The notes under the pieces were generated by a model that did no database searches, was not told where the DNA came from, and saw only the letters and a list, made by a program, of their open reading frames with translations. A stretch of DNA of 64,000 bases. Source: Rebecca billardiae RCC1528. Its lineage: Eukaryota; Protista; Haptophyta. Made by a program: the position numbers and the translations under genes. Within the stretch, counting starts at the first letter, position 1; each line of letters opens with the position of its first letter. Location of the stretch: contig OZ251235.1 in the NCBI GenBank assembly GCA_965240325.2, positions 1,798,001 through 1,862,000 of the forward strand. The letters are read 5' to 3'. This document shows, piece by piece, positions 52,901 through 62,917 of the stretch.

Positions 52901-54784
52901 ACGGCAACTGCGCCTACTTTGGCTGCCAGAACCCGGTCGCATTCAACTACGACTCGACGGCGAACGCGCCGGATGGCGCGTGCGTGCTGCCCGCCCTCGG
53001 CTGCACGGACGTGGCCGCGCAGAATTACGACTCGGGCGCCAACCAGGACGACGGCAGCTGCGTGTACCAGGGCTGCACCATCTCGCGCTGCACAAACTTC
53101 AACCCGAGCGCCACGACCAACGACGGCAGCTGCGTGTGCCCCGTGCTGGGCTGCACCGACTCGAGCGCGGACAACTTTGACTCCAGCGCCACCACCGACG
53201 ATGGCAACTGCATCATTCCCGGCTGCACCGACCCCGTCGCGCAGAACTACTTCTCCGGCGCGACGAACGACGACGGCTCGTGCATCCCAGAGGTGGTCGG
53301 GTGCAACGTGATCGGCGCGTCCAACTACGACGCGTCGGTCACGCAGCTCGACTTCTCGAGCTGCATCTTCCTCGGCTGCCTCGAGCCGACCGCGACCAAC
53401 TACGACTCGACCGCCAACACGCCGTCGGTGTGCGTCTTCCTCATCGTCGGCTGCATGGACACGGCGGCGGTCAACTACCGCTCGGACGCGGCGATCGAGT
53501 CGACCAACTGCCAGTACGTCGGCTGCAACAACCCTGCGGCTTCCAACTTCAACCCGACGGCGACCGTCCTCTCCGGGTGCGAGTTCAACTTCTTCGGCTG
53601 CACCGACTCGATCGCGGAGAACTTCGACTCGTTCGCGACCGTCGATAACGGCCAGTGCGCGTACGGCGGCTGCACGGCACTGGCCGCGCGCAACTTCAAC
53701 CCGACCGCCACGTACAACGACGGCACGTGCGACTTCTACTCGCCGCCGCCCGTCCCGCCGAGCCCGCCAAGCCGTCCGCCGCCGAGCCCGCCGTCGCCTC
53801 CACCCTCGCCACCGCCTTTGTCGCCACCCGCGCCACCGCCTTCCCCTCCACCGCCGCCCAGCCCATCGCCGCCATCGCCGCCACCGTCGCCGCCACCGCC
53901 GCCATCGCCACCTCTGCCACCAGCGCCGCCTCCAAACCCGCCCTCACCGCCAAGCCCGCCGCCAAGCCCACCGCCTCCGCCACCGCCGCCCTCGCCATCC
54001 AGCCCGCCGCCGCCCTCGCCGCCGCCAAGCCCACCCTCGTCACCGGTGGTTGACGATAGCCTGCTCGGGCCCTCAGCGGCCGACATCTCGTTCGCTGGCC
54101 AGGTGCGAGCGAGCGCTCGTGCACTGCTCCGTCCAGCGGGCGCGTGCGCTCGAGTGCACCGCGCACCAGCCGCACCCCTCTCTCCCTCACGGCTCGTTCG
54201 CTCGCGCGCGCGCCGCTGTGTGCGCAGGTTTCCATCCTCGCCGCAAGCTCTTTTTTCGCCTGCTGCCTCCTGCTCTGCATCGTGTTGGCCATTGCGGGAT
54301 ACTACCGCAAGATCAAGGTGCGCTCGCGGCCGCCCTGCCGCATGGCCCCGTCTGCCGAGGGCGCTCGCCCGCCGAGGGTGCCCGCCTCCAAGCGCACTGC
54401 GCCCACTGACGCCGCCCCGCCCCTTTGCGCGCGCGCTCGCGCCCGTCTGCCTCGTAGAAAGACGACGAGAAGTTCTACGCCGACCTGGCGGAGAAGGAGC
54501 GGCGTGCCGCGATGCGCCGCCAGTCCCGCCTCGGCTCGTTCGCCGGCTCGATCTCGAAGTCGTTTGCCAATCTCACGCGGCGCGACACGCGCACCGCGCA
54601 GCCGCCTCCGGCTGCGGAGCCGGCCGCACCGGTCGCCGGATCGAACGTCGCAGCCGACGAGATAAAGCCAAAGTTCCAGTTCCGGATGGGACCGAAGCAT
54701 CGGCCGCCGCCGCCGCCCGAGTCCGATCGCCAGTACAGCCGCCCGGTGCCGGTGCCGAACGGCGCCGACGATTCTCGTGTGTGA
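46190..54784 (+). CDS. Giant type-I membrane glycoprotein with extensin-like rods and 52 GCTD-x-A-x-NY...DDGSC repeats; exons 46190-46329, 46632-54102, 54228-54317, 54458-54784
   Basis: Signal peptide in exon 1. Three frame-preserving GT-AG introns. 25 + 27 two-Cys repeats around a ~280-aa unique domain. TM helix in exon 3 followed by basic residues. Confidence 0.88.
46944..48894 (+). repeat. Coding (TCGCCC)n tract plus a 36-bp minisatellite (SPPPPPPPxPPP) and SPPP repeats
   Basis: About 17 SP units, then about 33 dodecapeptide units with x = T/A/N/V/M/I. Confidence 0.95.
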
Positions 54785-55601
54785 TGAGACTGCGTCTCCC
54801 GCACATGGCGGCACCAAGATACCAACGACGCGCGCGGCCGTCTTTGACACTCCCGCCAGTACAGCCGCCCAGTGCCCGTGCCGATCGGCGGCGACGCGCG
54901 AGGCCTACTGGCGTCCGGCCGTCGCAGCGTCTTGAAGTGTTGGGCTTGGACGGCGGTGTCGGCTCGATAGCCCTCGGTCCTCCCCCGCCCTGGCGTGGAA
55001 CTCAGGGACACTGCGATACGCGGACACGGCCACGGTGACTGCCCATTGTCACTCCACACTGGGTGCCAGTCAGCTCGAATCGTTCAAAGTTCAATCAAGT
55101 GCAATGCTAGCGTTGTGGGCACCAAAACCGCCCGCGAATTCACGGGCCGCTACTGACCCGCCCACTCTGCGCACCCTCACTCGCCGCGCCGGTCACGCGA
55201 TGACGTGGACGTGGACGTGAGAGTGGTCGAAAAGTCGGAAGGGAAGCCGCTACTCAGCCCCACATGCTCGTACGGCGACGCCGACTGGCGTGTGGCACGC
55301 CCCCCGGTCCCGGATGTGCCACACGCGCCATAGGAGTTACGGGTCGACTGGTGAGTACCGCGCGCGCCACAGATCCCTTCCGAAGTCCCCAACTTCATCT
55401 GGACCCCCTATTTACCCTAGGCGAGGGAATGACTGCAGCCACATGGCCCCCGGTGAGCGCTAGATGCCCCACGCATAGGCGCTTCAGGAAGCCCCGCAGC
55501 GCCACCGCCAACTTTGTCGCCATCGGCCGCCATCATTGTGTGCGCACAAGATCTGACCTCCCAAGTCCCAACTGCCCAGTCCTCTGTTCTGAGGCTGTGA
55601 G

Positions 55602-56078
55602 CAGGGCTCCAAGACGGTACACCGGACACCGGTAAATACCGTACCGGTACGTACCGGTACGCACCGGTGAGAGTCCGGGAGGGGTCGTGTGCGCCCGGAC
55701 CACAGTGGCCGCACTGGCCTGTGCAGGTCAGGCCGGGGCCCGTCGGAGACGGAGGCAGGACCACGCCCACTGCCCAGTTGGCAGGACACAAGACAGACAA
55801 GTGACAGGCCACCTCAACGGGTCAGCCGGTCCGACGGAAAATCCGGGAAATATGTCCCAATTTCGTCCAATATTTGGGCGCAGTTTCTATCGTCAGTAAA
55901 TAGGCCCAAAAAATTCTTCGCCTCGGGCCGGCGGGGCCCCGGGGAGGACACCCCCCCGGACCCCCCCGCGGTGCGCGCACCGGTGAACCGGTGCACCGGC
56001 GCCGCATGCACCGGCGCCTGCGGCGCCGGTGCACCGGTACGCGTACCGGTACCGAGCACCGGATCTTTGCCAGCCCTG
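55602..56078. mobile_element. hAT-type MITE (477 bp)
   Basis: 8-bp TSD GCTGTGAG at 55594-55601 and 56079-56086. Termini CAGGGCT...AGCCCTG. Dense subterminal ACCGG(T) motifs at both ends. Confidence 0.9.
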
Positions 56079-56155
56079 GCTGTGAGCCTGTGACGGTGCG
56101 GGACCTCGGTCTCGCACCACCCGTTCCAGAAAGGCGATTATGATAGTTCGGACAC

Positions 56156-56204
56156 GGTCCGGGAGGGGTTTAGGTACCACTGGTACCTAAACCCCTCCCG
56201 GACC
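56156..56204. repeat. Perfect palindrome with 24-bp arms and a 1-nt spacer
   Basis: GGTCCGGGAGGGGTTTAGGTACCA-C-TGGTACCTAAACCCCTCCCGGACC. Confidence 0.95.
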
Positions 56205-56311
56205 ACAGTGGGCGCACGCGGGGCCGCGGCCGTTGAGGAGGGGCGGCTGGGGCGGGGGCGGGCGGGCGACGGTCGCGGCGGTCCACGCGCTCTGCTGTCG
56301 AGGAGTTGCTG

Positions 56312-57309
56312 TTTGCGCCGCGCGCCGCGCTGGCGGGGTGGCCTGGACCCATGCGCGCCTTCGAACCCCAGGCGACCGCGCGCGCATCGGCTTCCTCCGC
56401 CTGCGAGTCGCCCGCGACCGCGCCCGCCGCCCGCTTGGAGTGGGCTGACCGCGCCCGAGCCTGCTCCCCGCCGAGCGCAGGGATGAGTTGAGCACGGCGC
56501 GAGGCGGCGATCGTGGTCGGGCGATCGCATGAGCCCATATGGGCCCCATCTGCCACGGCGCGACCGCTTCAGCATGCGTATGTGACCCCACTTGTCATGG
56601 TTGTCTCATGTCGGGTAGCAGGTGAGCACTGTCGGCCAGCGTGTCCGCGCGCGCGCGCGCCTGAGCAGGGCCAGACGGGTCGGAAACACGTCACAGTTGG
56701 CATCAGGGCATGCCAATTGCTGTGTATTGCCCAGCGTGGGCCACCAAGGGCATGCCCTTGACTGCACTGCCAGCTCGCAACGTGCGTCAATGCTGACGGC
56801 AACTCTGGTCGAGCAGAACTTGCTTGAGTTCTCGTCGCGAACACGGCATCAGCACACGCCACATGACTACAGATGCGGACCACTCGTGCCACCCAGTTTG
56901 CGCAGTGCAGACATCACGAGACGCCACGGAGCGGCATCCGACCCGCAGAGCCCTGCGCGCGCGCGCGCGCGCGGACACGCTGGCCGACAGTGCTCACCTG
57001 CTACCCGACATGAGACAACCATGACAAGTGGGGTCACATACGCATGCTGAAGCGGTCGCGCCGTGGCAGATGGGGCCCATATGGGCTCATGCGATCGCCC
57101 GATCACGATCGCCGCCTCGCGCCGCGCTCAACTCATCCCTGCGCTCGGCGGCGAGCAGGCTCGGGCGCGGTCAGCCCACTCTCCAAGCGGGCGGCGGGCG
57201 CGGTCGCGGGCGACTCGCAGACGGAGGAAGCCGATGCGCGCGCGGTCGCCCGGGCTTCGAAGGCGCGCATGGGTCCAGGCCACCCCGCCAGCGCGGCGCG
57301 CGGCGCCCA
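56312..57309. mobile_element. Foldback element remnant (~370-bp arms, ~250-bp spacer), termini not defined
   Basis: About 56312-56684 is the near-identical reverse complement of about 56937-57309. No TSD recognised. Confidence 0.75.
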
Positions 57310-57439
57310 AGTCACGTTTCTCTCGGGCCGCACGTCGGCCACGCGCACTTGATCGCCATCCTGCCGCCCACGAGCCGGGTGCGGGGCGGGGCGCCTGGAG
57401 AGGCGGAACAACACCTCGTGGAACGCTGGACTGCTGGAG

Positions 57440-58548
57440 CAAGGGAGTCAAGGGTGCCCGCGCCCCAGTGGCGCGCTCGCCGGGTGTGAGGATACACCTT
57501 TTTGCCCGCGGCCTGCGGCGGGCGGCGGCGAGGGCGTGCTCCGCTGGCGGGGCGAGCGCACGGGGCACGGCGCTGCGGGCGCGGATGTGCCCGCGAAGCC
57601 GGCGCGTGCAGACGGGCTGTTGCGGGAGAGTATTCGGCGCCCTCCTGCGCCGCGCGACTTGCGCCACGCCTCTTTCGCCTCGGCTCAGAGCAGCGCGCAC
57701 GCTCGCGCCGCCTCAAGGCCAGCCTTGCCGCGCCGCAGCCGGCCGCGCGCGCGCCGTGCGCGGCGCGGTCGGGAAGGAACGGGCGCTGCTGCCGGGCGAG
57801 ATGGCAAAGGCATATGCGCACGCCATGCCGCCCCGCGGCGCCTTGATGAGCGTGTCGTCGGTCTGTTTGCATGCCTCTTCGACTTGTCACAAATGGTGTG
57901 CACGGCTGCGCGGTCGTGACCCTTGTTGGGACGATCATTGAGACACAGAATAGTGCCAGACGGGCACGCGGGCTACTCTTACATGCATGTTCATCACCGC
58001 GTGTTCATGTAGAAGTGCTGGGTGCGACGCTTTCCTCGCGCTGATGCTCTTTCATCATCTTCTGCGAGCTCAGGTCTGGCTTCGTGCACGACAAGTGATC
58101 AGCACTCGTCAACAGCTGTGCGGATCCGTTCTCGTGCTCTTTCGCGGCGCCGCGGGGCGGCATGGCGTGCGCACATGCGTTTGCCATCTCGCCCGGCAGC
58201 AGCGCCCGTTCCTTCCCGACCGCGCCGCGCACGGCGCGCGCGCGGCCGGCTGCGGCGCGGCAAGGCTGGCCTTGAGGCGGCGCGAGCGTGCGCGCTGCTC
58301 TGAGCCGAGGCGAAAGAGGCGTGGCGCAAGTCGCGCGGCGCAGGAGGGCGCCGAATACTCTCCCGCAACAGCCCGTCTGCACGCGCCGGCTTCGCGGGCA
58401 CATCCGCGCCCGCAGCGCCGTGCCCCGTGCGCTCGCCCCGCCAGCGGAGCACGCCCTCGCCGCCGCCCGCCGCAGGCCGCGGGCAAAAAGGTGTATCCTC
58501 ACATCCGGCGAGCGCGCCACTGGGGCGCGGGCACCCTTGACTCCCTTG
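57440..58548. mobile_element. P-superfamily/Galileo-like foldback element, family A, copy 2 (1109 bp)
   Basis: Same length and orientation as 2060-3168 with an identical spacer. 7-bp TSD GCTGGAG at 57433-57439 and 58549-58555. Confidence 0.95.
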
Positions 58549-58640
58549 GCTGGAGGTCCCGCAGCGCTGCGAGGCTTCCCAAACACGCGTTGACAGTAGT
58601 GAGCAAGCGGAATCTCCGAGCCAGCCACGCTTGTGGAGAA

Positions 58641-59527
58641 TATGGATTCAATCTTTCATGAAAGATTGAAATGGCCATTGAAAGTTTCAGTATTTTTCAT
58701 GAAAATTTCATGAAAAGTGAAAGATTGTGAAGTTTTCACGTCCTGCGCTGCGGGAATTAATTTATTCCCAGCAGTGACTAAAATGATTTTCCGCCCACCA
58801 TGTCGGCGGCATCGAGCCGCCTCGGCGGAGCAAGGCCGGGCGCTACGGCGCGTGCGGCGCGTGAGGCGCGCGCACGCACGCGCGTGGCGCGCTCCACCTT
58901 GCTTAGCCCCGGCTTTTGTCCTGCTCCCTGGCTCCCTGCTGCGCGTCTCCGCGCCGCAGACTGACGGCGCCGACTACGACGAGCCGTGATCACACGGCGG
59001 CTCGGCGCGTGTGAGCCTGCTGTATGAGCGAGCTCAGACGACCGAGGTCGAGGCTGACTTCGACCGGCTGCTGCAGGAGAAGCCTCAGCAGGAGCTCGAG
59101 TCTGAGAAGGCTGCTGAGCGCTTGCGGACGCTGACTCTGGACAACCGGGTGATGGATTCTACGGAGCCACTGTCGCCTTGGGGGTGCTCGGTGCTCTCGA
59201 GGCCCGAGATGTTGTTGAATGTTTCGCTGCAGGGTGTATGAAGGGCTGACGGAAGGCATGCCGAGGATAGTAGCATGTTGCGCCAAGGCCGCATGCCGTG
59301 ACAGTGACGATCCACGCGCTGTCGGCCAGCACCGCTGGCTTGCCGTGCGCAGCCGCGCCACGCGCGGCCATGCTGGCAAGGAATATATTTTCGGAGAAAA
59401 TCACGTCATTTTTTATTCCCGCTGAGCAATCTTTCATGAAAGATTGGAATGGCCTTTGAAACTTTCAGTATTTTTCATGAAAATTTCATGAAATGAAAGA
59501 TTGTGAAATATTTCATCCAGATCCATA
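58641..59527. mobile_element. hAT-like non-autonomous element (887 bp) with AT-rich subterminal repeats
   Basis: Termini TATGGAT...ATCCATA. Flanks GTGGAGAA and GTGGAGAT (8 bp, 1 mismatch). A ~90-bp TTTCATGAAA-rich block is directly repeated at 58649-58738 and 59427-59515. Confidence 0.75.
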
Positions 59528-59554
59528 GTGGAGATCGAAGCGTGCGTTCCACTC

Positions 59555-60185
59555 ATGGCGGAGGCCGGGGGAGAGCGCGCTGGTACGCGCGAGCGTGAGG
59601 GACCCCACCGGCCTCGCGACGCGGCGCGTGACCGCGACCGCTACTGCGACCGCTCGCGTGACCGCTATGACAGGCCTCGGTATGACCGCGACCGCTCGCG
59701 AGATCGCGAGCGCGACCGCTACCACCGGCCCGGCCGCGCTCCTTCCGACGACCGCGGCCGCCGCCGGCGCTCCCGCTCGAGGTCGCGCTCGCGCTCGCGC
59801 TCGCCGGGCTCTCGCGACTGGCGTCGCGAGCGCGACCGGCGCTCGCGCGAGCCGGCCGCCGAGAAGGAGGACAGCCGCCCGGCCGAGCCGCCGCCCGCGT
59901 ACGACAAAGACGCCGTGAAGGCTGCACTCGCGCGCGCCAACGCCGCGCTCGAGGCGCCCTCCGGGAGCAACCTCGCGGCGTCGACGTTCGCCGGGCTGAA
60001 CCATGCGCAGCTCATTGCGGCGCAGCTGGCCAGATCCGCGGGTGGCGCGTACCTCGGCGTGCCGCCGCATCCCGCCCTCCTGAACGGCGCGCTCGGCGCC
60101 GGCGCTGCCGCGTGCGCCGCGCCGCAGGTCCACCCGATGCTCTCGCAGCAGCACGCGCAGCAGCACCAGCTCGGGGCCGTACCGT

Positions 60186-60224
<39 letters not shown>

Positions 60225-62618
60225 CCGCCGCGCCCGGAGCCCCTTGCACCGCGCTCGTGCCCGCGGCCGGTCCCGGCGCGTGTGCGAGCGCGGCGGCCGC
60301 CGCCTCCGCCGCCGCTGCGCAGTGCTCGCGCCCCGCCCGGCCCATCCTGACCGCGGAGCAGATGGCCGCCCTCGCGCCGAGCTCGGCGGCGGGCGGCGGG
60401 CTCGACGCCTCCGGCAAGCCGCGCAAGAGCGCGCGCGACTTCTCCTTCCTCATGCAGCAGGAGCAGGCCGTCGACGAGAACCGGCCGATTCTTGACGAGG
60501 AGTGCCTTGCTGCGCTTGAAGGTGCGGGCGTGGCGCGCGGGCGCGGTGCGCGGCCGTGGCGCGACGGCCGCGGCGCGTGCGCGTGCGTGCGCGTGGTGCG
60601 CGCGACGGCCCGTGCGTGTGCGGCGCGCGGCGCGCGCGACGGCCGGCGCGTTGCGGGGCTCATCCCATGCTGCCGCGGCCGTGCGCCCGCCACGACACGA
60701 CCCGCGCCGCGCCGCGCCGCGCGACCGCCCGCCGCAGGCCGGACCACAGCCGCGCACGGCGGCGGCGAGGGCGGCGAAGGGGCCGTGGACGAGGAGGACG
60801 AGGCGCTCGAGGAGATCGGCGGCTCGGCGCTCGACCAGCTGCTCTGGCGGCAGAAAGCTGTCAAGGCGATGGAGCCCCGAAAGGCCAACGAATCTCTCGA
60901 GTCGTACATGGCGCGGCGGCAGGCCGCGACCAAGATGATTAAGACGGAGCACGGCACGGCGTCGGCGAAGGAGCTCGAGGAGGCGGTGGACGTGCACATC
61001 AAGAACGCCAACCAGGACTGGGCGTGGGGCGTGGGCGACCCGGACGAGCTCGAGTCCGACGACGAGGGCGACGGCACTCCGCTGATGCTCGCCGGGCCGA
61101 CGGTTGCAGGACTGCTCGAGGACAAGAGCGCCGATGCCAAGCCGCCGGGCTCGACGGCGCTCGTTGAGCTCGAGAGCGGTGCGCGCTGCGCCGCTGCGCG
61201 CGTGCGCGCGTGCGCGCGCCGCGTGGCCTCGCACGGGCGCCCTGCCAGACGCGCCGTGCTCACGCGTGCGCTCGCGCCACGCGCCGCACCGCGCCCGCCG
61301 CGCCGCACCGCACGACACACGGCGCCCGCCGCGCCGCCGCCGCGCAGCCGAGAAGCGCGAGCGCCGTCGGAAGCGCGAGATCATCGGCAACGAGATGGTG
61401 AAGCGCTCGGCCGCGCTCGCGCCCACGCCCTCCGCGGACTTCTTCGACCACCTCGCGCCGATCTCGGAGGGCCGCGGCCTCGCGATGCTCGAGAAGATGG
61501 GCTGGCGGCAGGGGCAGGGCCTCGGGCGCGAGGAGAAGGGGACGACTGAGCCCATCGCCGTGCGGGTCAAGGGCGACATGGGCGGGCTGATGAGCGAGGA
61601 CGAGCGGCAGCGCAAGCTCACGGGCGGCGTCGCCTTCGCGCCCATCGGCCCCGAGGGCCCCGCGCTCGTCGCCGCCTCGCTCGAGGACGAGTCTCTCAAC
61701 CTCACCACCAAGACAAAGACGGTTCAACAGATCAATGAGGAAAACCGAAGGCGCGCGGCGGCGGGCGGCGGCGCGGGCGGGCTGCCGGCACAGCCGCATG
61801 GGGCGGCTCCGCCGTCGCAGCTGCCGCCGCCGCCGCCCGGCCCGCTGCCTGCGCACCCGCCGCCGCCGCCGAGCGGGCCGCCGCCCTCATTCCCGCCACC
61901 GCCCGCCGGGCCGCCGCCGGCGTTGCCGCCGCCTCCGGCTGGGCCGCCGCCTGCGCAGCCGCCGCCGCCCGCGGGCCCGCCGCCCGGCCAGCCGCCGCCC
62001 CCTGCGGGCCCGCCGCCGCCCTTCCCGCCGCCGATGTCAGCCGTCCCGCCGCCGGGCTGGCCAACCGGCGCGCCGCCGGCGCCGGCAACTCTGCCGCCGG
62101 CGCCACCCATGCCGCCATCCATGCCGCCGTCGGCGCCTCAGCACGTGGCCGAACCGCCGCCGCCGCCGCCACCCGACGCCGATGAGCCGCCGCCGCCGCC
62201 GCCCGACGAGGAGGAGCCGCCGCCGCCGCCGCCGGATGACGAGCCGCCGCCGCCGCCGCCGGAGCCGCCGGGTGGCCTGCGCGCGGCGCCGCCGCCTGGG
62301 TACGGCTACGGCTACCAGCCGCCGCAGCAGTACGCTCCTGCGCACCAGTACGCGCCGCCGCAGTATGGGTACACCGCGCCGCAGCAGTACGGTGGCTACC
62401 CAGGCTACACGCCCGCACAGCCGGCGCAGCCGTACGGATGGCGGCCGGGCATGCCCGCGGCGCCGCCCCAGCCCTACGCGTCGGCGCCGCCGCCGCAGCA
62501 GCACGGCGGCGTGTACTCGGCGCCACACGCGGGGCAATACAACGCCATGCCCCCGCCGCAGCCGTCGCAGCCGCCGCCAGCCGCGTGGGGCGCCCAGCCT
62601 GCCGCGCCTGCCCGCTGA
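59555..62618 (+). CDS. RS/RD-domain, G-patch, proline-rich protein (probable splicing factor); exons 59555-60521, 60738-61178, 61348-62618
   Basis: RDRSRDRERD/RSRSRSRS N-terminus. G-patch GRGLAMLEKMGWRQGQGLGREEKGTTEPI. Two GT-AG introns. Confidence 0.87.
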
Positions 62619-62917
62619 GTCAGTCAGAGCATTGAGCCTGAGGCCCTGAGGCCAGGCGCGGAGTGAGGCGCGTGCACCACAATCCATGAGTGCTGACTGA
62701 GTCATGATGCCAGACCGTTGAGTCCGCGCATCGTCAAGCCACGCCGTCGTCACAAATACACAATGTCGTCAATGTACGTCGACCAGCAGGTTAAAAAAAG
62801 GCGGCGCCGAAAACAATTAATCGGCTCAGGCGCAAGGACTCCCCCAGCCCGGCCGGTCGCTCGTCGTTGCAAAGCTGCGACTGAGTACCGCCCTTGACCC
62901 GCGCCCACCTCGTGGCC

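Noticed and set aside
54103-55038. C-terminus of the 2787-aa ORF as supplied
   Set aside because: It reads through two introns; the spliced model gives a TM helix and a stop at 54784.
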